From: Allorhizobium sp.
GTDB lineage: Bacteria; Pseudomonadota; Alphaproteobacteria; Rhizobiales; Rhizobiaceae
DNA length: 64,000 bases
Direction: 5' to 3'
NCBI GenBank assembly: GCA_046294755.1
Contig: JBKBON010000006.1
Span: 50,452 to 114,451, forward strand
Made by a program: the position numbers and the translations under genes. Every line of letters starts with the position of its first letter. Position 1 is the first letter of the stretch. Positions 28,690 through 41,122 of this stretch are shown here, one piece after another. The notes beneath the pieces are model-generated. The model was not told the origin of the DNA. It was given only the letters and a program-made list of their open reading frames with translations, and ran no database searches.

Positions 28690-28893
28690 GGCAATAGCTC
28701 TGGTTTAAACTTTGAATGCCTTCAGAGTGTTCGACCGTGTGCGCGGCCCGCCAAGAACAGTGGACGCTAATACTGTCAAGCACCCTGAGTTATCGAACAA
28801 AAAAAGTCTATGACGGAAATTGGGGGGCGCTGCAATAGCGCCGCCCCTTCAAAATGCCGGTATGGATAATTGTGATCGAAAGTAACGACTGCT

Positions 28894-30855
28894 TCAACTG
28901 TTCGGCTGCAGACGATCTGTCTGTTCGGGAAAGAAACGGTCGAGCCCGTAACCTTCGCCAAACATCACGTCGTGCTGGAGGAGCCGGTAGTCACGGATAA
29001 GCGGGTCGATCTGGCCAGATAGAGCCCAGTCCGGCTGTGCCTTGTTGTTGCGACCGATGAGCTGGTGTCTGTCAATCACGGCGTAACGCTCGGCTACGCG
29101 ACCCAGCATGCCCGTGTAGAAAGGATGTCGGTAGCCTGCCATGTGCACGATGTAATAGGGCAACTGCGAGGGGCTGACCGAGCCGACGTCCTTCTGCACG
29201 CCACGCTTGGAGGACCAGATGACCAGAGGCGTCTCATGCTCGCGCTTCATCGTCTCAACGGACGCCTTGCGCGTGGCAACGACATTGGCCATAAAGCCGC
29301 TCTCTGTGTAGACATTGTGGAGAGGGGGCAGGTGGTCGCCAAAGACCACGATGATTGTCTCGCGGTGACGCTTCCGCGCCCAGTCCATCAGATCCTTCAG
29401 GCTGTCGTCTGCTTCCTTCACGCCCTGGGTATAGGTCGCGAGAGTGCTGACACTGGCGTCGGATAGTGTCGGCGCATCCACCTCGATCGTGTTTTTCGCA
29501 TAGCGGTTGCGCTCATACGGACCATGTCCCTGCAGCGTGACTGCGAAGAAGAAGAAGGGCTCCTTGGTATTGTCAGCTTCGTTGATCAGGTAGCGGGTTA
29601 GCGCTTCGTCGGAGGCGAAGATGCCGCGCTTGTCCATTGCGGGCATGTTCTCCTCGGAGTGGAACTCGCGGAAGCCAAGCGACTGGTAGACATTGGTGCG
29701 GTTCCAGAACCAGCCCTGGAACGGGTGGAACGCCTTGGTCACATAGCCCTTCGATTCAAAGAATGTCGCGAGCGACGGAACCGGCCGGCGGATGTATTGC
29801 TGATAGGGAATGCTGCCATAAGGGAGGAAGGCATTCGAAAATCCGGTGAGGGCCTCGAATTCGACATTCGCCGTCATGCCGCCGAATTCGGGCGAAAAGA
29901 CCTGGCCGGACTGGGCGGCGCGAATGGTCGGCATCGGGTCCGCAGAGTAGCGGATGCTGCTCATCTTAGTCGGATCCCAGAGCGATTCACTCATCACGAC
30001 AATCACATCGGCCTGGCGTCCGGAGAAGAATGATGCCGGCAGCAGATCTGTCTGGAGGTCGGTTATCGCGACGTTATTGTATCCCGCAGGCGCATTGACG
30101 ACGGCCATCGGCGCATTGAACATAAATGCCAGCAGGAAGCCGTTGTGGCGGTAGTTCTCCTTCTGGTCCCACATCATCGGCACGATGTTGAGGCGATCGC
30201 GGATAGCGGAATAGGCCAGGGGATGCATCAGCGAGATGAACGCCGCGAGCAGCGGGAAGGAGACGGCAAGGCGCAGGCCCCGGCCAGCAAGGTTGAGGCG
30301 CGGGAAGACCTTGCGGCTCTTCCATATGAGCGCCACAAAGCCGCCAATGCAAAGGACGGCTCCGACAGCAAGGGCCACGGCCTTCATCGGTTCGGCCGCG
30401 ACCATCGCGGGCATGAGCTGTAGGATCTGCCGTCCAAAGAGCAGGTCGCTCGGGAAAAGCGGGTCCGACAGAAAGAGCTGCTTCTGACCTGAAAAGAATG
30501 CAGGCAGGAGTGTGAGCGGTGCCACCAGGAGCGTCGATTGATAGGCCTTGCCGATAATGGCGTCAGCAAAGACAAGCGCCAGAAACACCACGCCCACCGC
30601 CACGAGGCCGGGTCGGCTCGACGATGTCAGATACTCGACCACGTCAACCATGGTGCCGCGTGCCAGCAACTCGCTCAGAAGAACGATTACTGCTGCGATC
30701 AGTGCCGTGTTGATCCACTGAATGATCAGCTGGAGAATCCAGGACGTGCGGAGGTCACCTTCGCGGGGCGTGCTAAAGGCGTTGACGAAGGTTGCGACGA
30801 GCGATTTCGGCCTGGACTGGTCCACATCGAACTCCAGAGGATGGTCGGGTGTCAT
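28894..30855 (-). CDS. LTA synthase / sulfatase-family phosphoglycerol transferase-like membrane enzyme (CgmA/RkpI-like)
   Basis: N-terminal TM bundle; VVMSESL, FGGMTANVEFE (Thr nucleophile), TLQGHGPY, FGDHLP. Confidence 0.87.
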   Translation of the reverse strand: MTPDHPLEFDVDQSRPKSLVATFVNAFSTPREGDLRTSWILQLIIQWINTALIAAVIVLLSELLARGTMVDVVEYLTSSSRPGLVAVGVVFLALVFADAIIGKAYQSTLLVAPLTLLPAFFSGQKQLFLSDPLFPSDLLFGRQILQLMPAMVAAEPMKAVALAVGAVLCIGGFVALIWKSRKVFPRLNLAGRGLRLAVSFPLLAAFISLMHPLAYSAIRDRLNIVPMMWDQKENYRHNGFLLAFMFNAPMAVVNAPAGYNNVAITDLQTDLLPASFFSGRQADVIVVMSESLWDPTKMSSIRYSADPMPTIRAAQSGQVFSPEFGGMTANVEFEALTGFSNAFLPYGSIPYQQYIRRPVPSLATFFESKGYVTKAFHPFQGWFWNRTNVYQSLGFREFHSEENMPAMDKRGIFASDEALTRYLINEADNTKEPFFFFAVTLQGHGPYERNRYAKNTIEVDAPTLSDASVSTLATYTQGVKEADDSLKDLMDWARKRHRETIIVVFGDHLPPLHNVYTESGFMANVVATRKASVETMKREHETPLVIWSSKRGVQKDVGSVSPSQLPYYIVHMAGYRHPFYTGMLGRVAERYAVIDRHQLIGRNNKAQPDWALSGQIDPLIRDYRLLQHDVMFGEGYGLDRFFPEQTDRLQPNS

Positions 30856-31024
30856 GGAAAGTTCGCATAGGTGTCACATAAGCGTCATGAATGCTACATG
30901 AACCGCACTTTGGAGCGCTTTGTTCCCGAAATTTTGAGGGGCTTGGTTAGCGCGGCACAGATTGCGCAAGCGGCGGGCAATGAGCGGCGTTGCGATTGGA
31001 TTGGGGAGCAGCTAAATCGGTGTC

Positions 31025-32704
31025 ATGAGCGAAGCAAAGAAGATCTCCGACGTCCTGCGCATAGCGGTGGCACAGTTCAACCCTGTCGTCGGCGACGTCT
31101 CCGGCAATCTTGCCAAGGCGCGTGCGGCACGGGCCGATGCCGCCGGGCAGGGGGCAGATCTCCTGCTCCTGACGGAGTTGTTCATTTCCGGCTATCCACC
31201 GGAAGATCTCGTGCTCAAACCTGCTTTCCTCAGTGCCTGCCTGCAGGCGGTTGAGGCTCTTGCTGCCGATACCGCCGATGGCGGACCAGGGGTCATTGTC
31301 GGGTTTCCACGCCAGGGTGAAAAGGGGCGGCACAATTCGGTCGCCATTCTCGACGGTGGCCGTGTGCTCGCATACCGCGACAAGATTGATCTGCCCAATT
31401 ACGGCGAGTTCGATGAGAAGCGCGTTTTCGTCGAAGGCGAGATGCCGGGGCCGGTCAATTTTCGCGGCGTGCGGATCGGCGTGCCGATCTGCGAGGAGAT
31501 CTGGAACGATCTCGGCGTCTGCGAGACGCTGGCTGAGACCGGCGCCGAAATCCTGCTCGTGCCGAATGGCTCTCCCTACTACCGGGGGAAAGTCGACGTG
31601 CGCCATCAGGTGGCGCTGCGCCAGGTGATCGAGACAGGCCTGCCGTTGATCTTCGCCAATCAGCTCGGTGGTCAGGATGAACTGGTCTTCGACGGCGCGA
31701 GCTTTGCCTTCAATGGTGACAAGTCGCTCGCATTTCAGATGAGCCAGTTCGAGGAAACTCTCTCTGTAACGACGTGGCGGCGAACGACCGATGGCTGGCG
31801 CTGCGATCAGGGGCCGATGTCGCGCATTCCGGAAAAGGAAGAAGCCGACTACCGCGCCTGCGTGCTCGGTTTCCGCGACTATGTGAACAAGAATGGTTTC
31901 AAGAGCGTCGTACTCGGCCTTTCCGGCGGCATCGACTCGGCGATCTGCGCGGCGATCGCCGTCGATGCTTTGGGCGAAGAGCGGGTGCGCACGATCATGC
32001 TGCCCTATCGCTACACTTCGCAGGAAAGCTTCGCCGATGCCGAGGCCTGTGCCAAGGCGCTCGGCTGCCACTACGACATCGTGCCGATCCAGGAGCCAGT
32101 CGAAGGCTTCCTGTCATCGCTTTCTGAGATGTTCGAAGGCACGGAGAGCGGCATCACCGAAGAGAACCTGCAGAGCCGCACCCGCGGCACGATCCTGATG
32201 GCGATCTCGAACAAGTTCGGCTCAATGGTGGTCACCACCGGCAACAAGTCGGAAATGTCCGTCGGTTATGCCACGCTATATGGCGACATGAACGGTGGCT
32301 TCAATCCGATCAAGGACCTCTACAAGATGCAGGTCTATGCGCTGTCGGCGTGGCGAAACGAGAACGTGCCGCCCGGTGCGCTCGGTCCCTCGGGCGAAGT
32401 GATCCCGGCGAATATTCTCTCCAAGGCACCATCCGCGGAGCTACGGCCGAACCAGACCGACCAGGACTCGCTGCCTCCCTATCCGGTGCTTGACGACATT
32501 CTCGAATGCCTGGTCGAAAAGGAGATGGGCGTCGACGAGATCGTCGCGCGTGGTCATGACATCGCAACGGTTCACCGGGTCGAGCATCTGCTCTATCTCG
32601 CCGAATATAAACGCCGCCAGTCGGCGCCGGGCGTGAAGATTACCAAGAAGAATTTCGGACGCGACCGTCGCTATCCGATCACGAACCGTTTCAGGGATCG
32701 CTGA
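31025..32704 (+). CDS. nadE: Glutamine-dependent NAD+ synthetase
   Basis: Nitrilase-like N-domain (ELFISGYPPED, KIDLPNYGEFDE, ICEE) plus LGLSGGIDS, TGNKSE and APSAEL. Confidence 0.97.
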   Translation: MSEAKKISDVLRIAVAQFNPVVGDVSGNLAKARAARADAAGQGADLLLLTELFISGYPPEDLVLKPAFLSACLQAVEALAADTADGGPGVIVGFPRQGEKGRHNSVAILDGGRVLAYRDKIDLPNYGEFDEKRVFVEGEMPGPVNFRGVRIGVPICEEIWNDLGVCETLAETGAEILLVPNGSPYYRGKVDVRHQVALRQVIETGLPLIFANQLGGQDELVFDGASFAFNGDKSLAFQMSQFEETLSVTTWRRTTDGWRCDQGPMSRIPEKEEADYRACVLGFRDYVNKNGFKSVVLGLSGGIDSAICAAIAVDALGEERVRTIMLPYRYTSQESFADAEACAKALGCHYDIVPIQEPVEGFLSSLSEMFEGTESGITEENLQSRTRGTILMAISNKFGSMVVTTGNKSEMSVGYATLYGDMNGGFNPIKDLYKMQVYALSAWRNENVPPGALGPSGEVIPANILSKAPSAELRPNQTDQDSLPPYPVLDDILECLVEKEMGVDEIVARGHDIATVHRVEHLLYLAEYKRRQSAPGVKITKKNFGRDRRYPITNRFRDR

Positions 32705-32706
32705 GG

Positions 32707-33039
32707 GTGTCGAAAGAGGACGGCGATGCCCAGGCCGCTTTGCCTGATTTCACGGCAGAAGAGCGAAGCTACATCTTCGCGGTCGGTGCGCATGACAACC
32801 AGGATAGCGGTGTTTACCGGACGCTTTCAAGCGCCGCCTACTTCCTCCCGTCGGTGATGATCGGCCTTTACGGGCTTTGGGACGGGAGCTTCAAGATGCT
32901 GGGCATCGGCTTTCTCACGCTGATCGTCAGCCTCGGCTGGGGATTGTACACCGAGTGGCGCAATGCTCAGCTGGAGCGGACGGGCCGGGCGATCTTCGCC
33001 AAACTGCGCCAGGCGATGGACAATCGCTCAGGCGTATAA
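32707..33039 (+). CDS. Hypothetical membrane protein (2 TM)
   Basis: 110-aa ORF starting 2 nt after the nadE stop; two hydrophobic segments. Confidence 0.6.
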   Translation: MSKEDGDAQAALPDFTAEERSYIFAVGAHDNQDSGVYRTLSSAAYFLPSVMIGLYGLWDGSFKMLGIGFLTLIVSLGWGLYTEWRNAQLERTGRAIFAKLRQAMDNRSGV

Positions 33040-33058
33040 CGATCTTTCCAAGGAGACG

Positions 33059-33898
33059 ATGATGCGCAGTTCGGTCGAGATCTACGACATGGCCACCCGT
33101 GAAGCCGAGGTGGTCTGGCAGACGGACGACCTCGTCGAGGCCCCCAACTGGTCGCGGGACGGCGAGTTCCTGATGATCAATGGCGACGGGCTTCTCTACG
33201 CCCTGTCGCTCGACGAAGACGATCCGGAGCCGGAACTGATCGATACCGGCTTTGCCGTCCGGCTCAACAATGATCACGGCATTTCGCCCGACGGCGCCTC
33301 GATTGCCTTTTCCGACCACACGCTCTTCGGCAAGTCCTGTATCTATCTGCTCGGTGACGAGGATGAGGAGCCGCGTCAGGTCACTGAGAGGATGCCATCC
33401 TACTGGCATGGCTGGTCGCCGGATGGGAAAGAACTTGCCTATTGCGGCGATCGCGGCGGTGTTTTCGACATCTACACGATCTCGACCAAGGGCGGGCCGG
33501 AGCGGCGGCTGACGAACGGCGAGGGGCACAATGACGGCCCCGACTATTCCCCTGACGGGCAGTGGATCTATTTCAACTCCAGTCGCACCGGCACCATGCA
33601 GATCTGGCGCATGCGAACCGATGGCAGTGATCTGGAGCGTCTGACGGCTGACGGCTATGGCGACTGGTTCCCGCATCCATCGCCGGACGGAAGCAAGGTG
33701 CTGTTCCTGTCCTATGACTCCGACGTCTCAGGCCATCCTCGCGACAAGCAGGTTCGCCTTCGGCTGATGGATGCCAATGGCGGCAATGTCGAGACATTGC
33801 TCGAGTTCTTTGGCGGGCAGGGCAGCATCAACGTTCCGAACTGGTCTCCGGACGGGTCTGCGTTCGCCTTTGTCCGCTACTTCCCAACGACCGAATAG
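33059..33898 (+). CDS. TolB-like beta-propeller (PD40/WD40-like repeats) protein
   Basis: Repeated WSRDG/SPDG motifs; SD AAGGAG; no signal peptide. Confidence 0.88.
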   Translation: MMRSSVEIYDMATREAEVVWQTDDLVEAPNWSRDGEFLMINGDGLLYALSLDEDDPEPELIDTGFAVRLNNDHGISPDGASIAFSDHTLFGKSCIYLLGDEDEEPRQVTERMPSYWHGWSPDGKELAYCGDRGGVFDIYTISTKGGPERRLTNGEGHNDGPDYSPDGQWIYFNSSRTGTMQIWRMRTDGSDLERLTADGYGDWFPHPSPDGSKVLFLSYDSDVSGHPRDKQVRLRLMDANGGNVETLLEFFGGQGSINVPNWSPDGSAFAFVRYFPTTE

Positions 33899-33950
33899 GG
33901 CTGCCCAATTTAGGTCTGGTCCGGCCTGCGGCTTAAGGTTAGAACACATA

Positions 33951-35916
<1,966 letters not shown>

Positions 35917-36047
35917 ATTCGGATCCCAGTTGGCATTTGCAAGGCAGATGACGACCCTGACTGACCCGAGGATACCCGAACGGTGGTCAAAACAAAATGA
36001 CAGATGGCGTGGCGGATGCGGCGTCGACCGCACCCGCCTGTCCGTGG

Positions 36048-36689
36048 TCATGCAGCCTGGGCTGCCGTCAGCGTCATCGGCCGCTCCAGAACGCTGCCGT
36101 CGATGGCGGCAACCGCCTTCATGCGCTCCAGCAGGTCCTGGGATACTTCCCAGGAGACCGCCACCGCCTGGACCACCCCGATCCGTTTCGGCTCACCAAT
36201 GCGCATGCCCGGGCATCCCATGCGCTTGAACATGCGCTCGAGGAAGACGTCGGTGACGGTGACGATGTGGGTGAGCCCCGAAGCCAGCCCCAGTTCGCCC
36301 ACACCGCACATCAGTTCGGCTGCCGCCAGCGTCACCTGGTTGCTCGCCCTGTCCTGCGAAATCTCCGGGTCGATGCAGAAACGGCTGGACTCCCAGATGG
36401 CGGCGCTGCGGATCTGCGGCCGGCTGCCGAGAAGAACCGGAAAAGTATCGTCGAGCATATTTGGGCCTAGTGTCGGCAGGAGACGCAAGCAACCGCGCAG
36501 CTTTTCCTTTTCGTCATAGGACAGGACGTAGAGCGGATTGGCGCGGTCGTAGTCGTCGATCTCCCAGGAATTGCGCACCTCGACGTCCCAACCCAGGAGG
36601 TCGTGGAAAACACGTTTGCGCAGTCGATGCATCGCGTCGATGTCAGAGGGATATTGGTTTCGACGTGCGCCGTTGATGATCCTGATCAT
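36048..36689 (-). CDS. sinI: Acyl-homoserine lactone synthase (LuxI family, SinI type)
   Basis: RLRKRVFHDLLGWDV...EIDDYD, LRLLPT, WESSRFC; closely resembles S. meliloti SinI as I recall it; SD AAGGAG; sits between the malic enzyme/LuxR genes and bluB as in Sinorhizobium. Confidence 0.93.
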   Translation of the reverse strand: MIRIINGARRNQYPSDIDAMHRLRKRVFHDLLGWDVEVRNSWEIDDYDRANPLYVLSYDEKEKLRGCLRLLPTLGPNMLDDTFPVLLGSRPQIRSAAIWESSRFCIDPEISQDRASNQVTLAAAELMCGVGELGLASGLTHIVTVTDVFLERMFKRMGCPGMRIGEPKRIGVVQAVAVSWEVSQDLLERMKAVAAIDGSVLERPMTLTAAQAA

Positions 36690-36747
36690 GCCTTGCTCCT
36701 TCTTGCAGAACGGAGCAGGGAGGATGATGTTCAACTGAGTGTAATAA

Positions 36748-36767
36748 AACTGGCGGTGGCGCCAGCT
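36748..36767. promoter_or_regulatory. lux-box-like palindrome upstream of sinI (alternatively a terminator hairpin after sinR)
   Basis: AACTGGCG-GTGG-CGCCAGCT matches NNCT-N12-AGNN and is centred about 68 bp upstream of the sinI ATG. Confidence 0.55.
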
Positions 36768-36809
36768 TTCCGGGTTGCAATCTCTGATATGGTGGCGGGT
36801 TGTTCAAGC

Positions 36810-37523
36810 TTACATCTCCTGCGTGTCGGAGAGACGCGGGATGAGGCCCCGCCAGACGGCCTCTGCGACGGCCTGCGCATTATTCACCACGTCGAGTTTT
36901 TGTCGGGCGTTGGCCATGAAGTGGCGGATCGTTCGTTCGGAGATGCCAAGAATGACGGCTGTCTCCCAGTAGCTTTTGCCCGCGGCGATCCAGGCCAGTG
37001 TTTCGCGTTCGCGTCGCGTGAGCGGCTGTCGGCTAAGCTTCTCCTTCCGGCCGATCGTTGCTGACCTGGAGAGCCGGGCATTGAAGACCGCGCCAAGGCT
37101 GAGAAAATCGCGGTCGTGGAGGCGCCTCCAGTTGTCGATGTCCGCTGGAGTGGATGCAGTCTCCACGATCAGGCAACATTGCCGTCCCGGCAGCGGATAG
37201 CCGACGATGGGTGGCGATCGAACTCCACTTCTGTTCCAGCTTGTCAGTTGGATAGGCTCCAGTGCCACCAGCAATCGCAGGATCTGGTCCTCTGCCGGTC
37301 TGCCTTGGCGGCTGCCGAGGATCTGCCTGTGGCTCCGGCTGTGACTGTGGTGGAGGCTGTGGAGGCGAATGCGATCGTTTATGATCGCAGCGTCGATGTA
37401 GGTGATTGGCCCGGTCCCATAGGCTGTCTGCAGCAAATGCAGGAATTCCGAGGGATCAAGAGCTGCCTGCCGCTCCAGCCAGTCTAAGAGTTCGAGATAG
37501 GCTGCCAACTGCGCCATGACCAT
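36810..37523 (-). CDS. sinR: LuxR-family regulator (SinR type)
   Basis: C-terminal LTRRERETLAWIAAGKSYWETAVILGISERTIRHFMANARQKL HTH; lies directly upstream of sinI; divergent N-domain. Confidence 0.85.
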   Translation of the reverse strand: MVMAQLAAYLELLDWLERQAALDPSEFLHLLQTAYGTGPITYIDAAIINDRIRLHSLHHSHSRSHRQILGSRQGRPAEDQILRLLVALEPIQLTSWNRSGVRSPPIVGYPLPGRQCCLIVETASTPADIDNWRRLHDRDFLSLGAVFNARLSRSATIGRKEKLSRQPLTRRERETLAWIAAGKSYWETAVILGISERTIRHFMANARQKLDVVNNAQAVAEAVWRGLIPRLSDTQEM

Positions 37524-37632
37524 ACCCTATATCTTCAGGGGTACAGTGTCGGTATTGCATCTTTGGCTTGTCCAGAGGGCAGAATGCGCGAAGGGGTGCA
37601 GCGGGGAAGACCGCTGCACGATCTGCCGCCTC

Positions 37633-39948
37633 CTAGCCCGCGGGCTGGGAGGCCTCGACGACTGCGAGTGCTGCCATGTTGACCACGCCACGGGACGTGA
37701 CCGAGGTGGAGAGGACATGCGCCGGCATAGCCGCTCCCAGCAGGATTGGTCCGACATGGAGGGCATCCATCATGGTCCGCATGATCCCGAGCGAGATGTT
37801 CGCCGCGTCGAGGTTCGGGAAGACAAGCAGGTTTGCTTCGCCCGTGAGGGTGCTTTCCGGCATGGCGCGCTTGCGCAGAACCTCAGAGAGAGCCGACCCG
37901 CCTTGCATTTCGCCGTCCACCTCGAGTTCGGGTGCTGCGCTGCGAATGATCTCCAGAGCCTGACGCATCTTGGATGCACTCGCGGATGGCCGCGAACCGA
38001 AGTTGGAATGCGACAGCAAAGCTGCTTTCGGCGCGATGCCGAAACGGCGGATCTCCTGTGCCGCGAGCATGGTCATCTCGGCAATTTCCTCGGCGCACGG
38101 GTCATCAGTGACAAAGGTGTCCGTGAAGAAGATCGCGCCGCGCTGCGAAATCAGGAGGCTCAGGCCGGAGAAATCGCGCACGCCAGGGCGCTTGCCGATG
38201 ATCTGCCGGACGTCGCGGACATGGCGATCGAAGCGACCTTCGACGCCGCAGATCAGGGCGTCGGCTTCGCCGCGCTTCACGGCAAGCGCGCCGATCACCG
38301 TTGTGTTCGTGCGCACGATCGTGCGGGCGGCTTCGGGGTTGATGCCCGCGCGGCCGACGAGGGCGAAGTAATCGTCGACATACTCGCGGTAGCGCGGATC
38401 GTCTTCCGGGTTGACCAATTCGAAGTCGGTGCCAGGACGGATGCGGAGGCCGTAGCGCTGCAAACGTGTCTCGATGATTTGCGGGCGACCGATGAGTATT
38501 GGCTCGCCGATACCATCCTCGAGCAGGACCTGGGCTGCGCGCAGCACGCGCTCGTCCTCGCCTTCGGCAAAAATCACGCGTTTTTTCGACGCTGTCTTGG
38601 CGGCCGCGAAAATCGGCTTCATGACAAAGCCGGAGCGGAAGACGAAGCGGTTCAGTTGATCGAGATAGGTGTCGAAATCGGCAATCGGACGGCGGGCAAC
38701 GCCGCTGTCGGCGGCGGCCTTCGCGACAGCCGGCGCGATGCGCAGGATCAGCCGCGGGTCGAAGGGCGAGGGGATCAGATAGTCCGGCCCGAAGGTCGGG
38801 GTCTCGCCGGAATAGGCCTTGGCCGCCACTTCCGACACTTCTTCACGCGCAAGTGCAGCAATGGCACGCACGGCGGCCATCTTCATCTCTTCGTTGATGG
38901 TCGTTGCGCCGCAGTCCAGCGCGCCACGGAAGATATAGGGGAAACAGAGGACGTTGTTGACCTGGTTCGGGAAATCAGACCGTCCGGTGCAGATCATCGC
39001 GTCCGGGCGGGCTGCGCGTGCTTCTTCCGGCATGATTTCGGGCTTAGGATTGGCGAGCGCCATGATCAGCGGCTTCGGCGCCATGCGGGCGAGAAGTTCC
39101 GGCTTCAGGACGCCGGCGGCCGACAGGCCGAGGAAGACGTCGGCGTCATCGATGCTTTCGGAGAGCGATCGCTTGTCGGTTTCCTGGGCATAGACCTCTT
39201 TCCACGGGTCCATCAGCTCATTGCGGCCCTTATAGACGACGCCTTCGATATCGTGGACCCAGATGTTCTCCCGCTTGGCACCGAGGATGACGAGGAGATT
39301 GAGGCAGGCGAGTGCTGCTGCACCGGCGCCGGAGGCGACAATCTTGACGTTCTCGATGCTCTTTCCGGCAAGTTCCAAGCCGTTCAGGATCGCGGCCGCA
39401 ACGATGATTGCTGTGCCATGCTGATCGTCATGGAAGACAGGAATGTTCATCTTGGCGCGGAGCTGGTCCTCGACCTGGAAACACTCCGGAGCCTTGATGT
39501 CCTCAAGATTGATGCCGCCGAAGGTCGGTTCCAGGGCCGATATCGTGGATACCATCTGGTCGACGCCAGGTGCATCGATTTCGATGTCGAAGACATCGAT
39601 GCCGGCAAACTTCTTGAAAAGGACAGCCTTGCCTTCCATGACCGGCTTGGAGGCGAGAGGGCCGATATTTCCCAGCCCGAGTACTGCTGTACCGTTCGAG
39701 ATCACGGCCACGAGGTTGGAGCGTGCGGTGTAGTCGTCTGCGGCCGCCGGATCGTCCTTGATCGCGAGACAGGGCGCGGCAACGCCGGGCGAATAGGCAA
39801 GCGCCAGATCGCGCTGATTGCCGAGGGGCTTCGTGGCCTGGATTTCAAGCTTTCCGGGACGGGGATACCGGTGGTAGAAGAGCGCCTGCTCGTCGAGATC
39901 TGCGGTCGGGTTTGCAACTTGCGGCTTGTTCTTGTCCTGAGAAGTCAT
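37633..39948 (-). CDS. dme: Malic enzyme with C-terminal phosphotransacetylase-like domain (MaeB/Dme type)
   Basis: [53 protein letters not shown]; PTA-like domain FAEGED...DGEMQ. Confidence 0.93.
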   Translation of the reverse strand: MTSQDKNKPQVANPTADLDEQALFYHRYPRPGKLEIQATKPLGNQRDLALAYSPGVAAPCLAIKDDPAAADDYTARSNLVAVISNGTAVLGLGNIGPLASKPVMEGKAVLFKKFAGIDVFDIEIDAPGVDQMVSTISALEPTFGGINLEDIKAPECFQVEDQLRAKMNIPVFHDDQHGTAIIVAAAILNGLELAGKSIENVKIVASGAGAAALACLNLLVILGAKRENIWVHDIEGVVYKGRNELMDPWKEVYAQETDKRSLSESIDDADVFLGLSAAGVLKPELLARMAPKPLIMALANPKPEIMPEEARAARPDAMICTGRSDFPNQVNNVLCFPYIFRGALDCGATTINEEMKMAAVRAIAALAREEVSEVAAKAYSGETPTFGPDYLIPSPFDPRLILRIAPAVAKAAADSGVARRPIADFDTYLDQLNRFVFRSGFVMKPIFAAAKTASKKRVIFAEGEDERVLRAAQVLLEDGIGEPILIGRPQIIETRLQRYGLRIRPGTDFELVNPEDDPRYREYVDDYFALVGRAGINPEAARTIVRTNTTVIGALAVKRGEADALICGVEGRFDRHVRDVRQIIGKRPGVRDFSGLSLLISQRGAIFFTDTFVTDDPCAEEIAEMTMLAAQEIRRFGIAPKAALLSHSNFGSRPSASASKMRQALEIIRSAAPELEVDGEMQGGSALSEVLRKRAMPESTLTGEANLLVFPNLDAANISLGIMRTMMDALHVGPILLGAAMPAHVLSTSVTSRGVVNMAALAVVEASQPAG

Positions 39949-40148
39949 CGGGTCACCGGCAATCTTGTCTTCATAAACTCTCTGTCGTCATACACGAATT
40001 GGCTGCGAGTGGTAGACTTTAGTTCCGTGATCCCCCGCCCGCGTGATTTGCAGGATGGAACAGCGGCTCCGCCGCAAAATTTCCAATGTCATCTTCCTGA
40101 AACACGAGTCTGGTTTAGCGCTGTGCAGATAGCGAAGAGGACCGCGCC

Positions 40149-41003
40149 GTGGAAGAAGCCAGCGAAACTCGCCATTTCAGGACCCTGTTCATCTCGGACG
40201 TCCATCTTGGGTCGAAGGCTGCCAAAACCGATTTTCTCCTGGATTTCCTGCGTACGCACGAGGCCGATACCATCATCCTGGTGGGCGATATCGTTGACGG
40301 CTGGCGGCTGAAGCGCAGCTGGTATTGGCCACAGCAATGCAACGACGTCGTGCAGAAACTCTTGCGCAAGGCGCGCAAGGGGACGAAGATCATCTACATC
40401 CCGGGCAATCACGATGAGTTCATGCGGGACTTTCCCGGCATTCATTTCGGCGGCATTGAGGTCGCACAGCGGATCGTCCACGAAATGGCCGACGGCAAGA
40501 GATACCTCGTGTTGCATGGGGACGAGTTCGACGTCGTGGTCCGCAACGCCCGTCTGCTCGCATACCTCGGCGACTGGGCCTATGACACCGCGATTGCGAT
40601 CAATGTCCTCCTGGCTGCCGTCCGTCGTCGCCTCGGCATGCCTTACTGGTCCTTCTCGGCCTGGGCGAAGCTGCAGGTCAAACACGCCGTGAGTTTTATC
40701 GGTGAGTTCCAGCGTGTCGTTGCGGATGAGGCCCGCCGCGCCGAAGTCGATGGCGTGATCTGCGGCCACATCCACCACGCCGTGATGGAAGACATTGACG
40801 GGATCCACTATGTCAACACCGGTGACTGGGTGGAAAGCTGCACCGCAATTGCCGAGCATCCCGACGGGCGGCTGGAGCTCATCTCCTGGAATCACAAAGT
40901 CGGTGAAGCGGTCGTCGGAAAACGCGCAAGTCGTCTCGTGCCGATCCTCCTGCCCAAACCACTGAACGAGACGGCTGAAGACAGCGGGATTCGCGCGGCC
41001 TGA
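40149..41003 (+). CDS. UDP-2,3-diacylglucosamine diphosphatase-like metallophosphoesterase (LpxH2 type)
   Basis: SDVHLG, GDIVD, GNHD, HGD, CGHIH, NTGDW; GTG start with SD GAGGA. Confidence 0.88.
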   Translation: MEEASETRHFRTLFISDVHLGSKAAKTDFLLDFLRTHEADTIILVGDIVDGWRLKRSWYWPQQCNDVVQKLLRKARKGTKIIYIPGNHDEFMRDFPGIHFGGIEVAQRIVHEMADGKRYLVLHGDEFDVVVRNARLLAYLGDWAYDTAIAINVLLAAVRRRLGMPYWSFSAWAKLQVKHAVSFIGEFQRVVADEARRAEVDGVICGHIHHAVMEDIDGIHYVNTGDWVESCTAIAEHPDGRLELISWNHKVGEAVVGKRASRLVPILLPKPLNETAEDSGIRAA

Positions 41004-41122
41004 TCAACTGTCTGTTGCAAAGCGGTCATGACGACCGTCAATCGGTTTGGAAAACCCAATTAACGGTTTGCAAAGGATTTCTTCGCCGGCAGCGATGGTT
41101 ATAGTGTGCAGCCATCTGTAAC

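Noticed and set aside
37516-40311. 931-aa plus-strand ORF
   Set aside because: Antisense shadow of the malic enzyme gene with no motifs; typical of high-GC codon bias.
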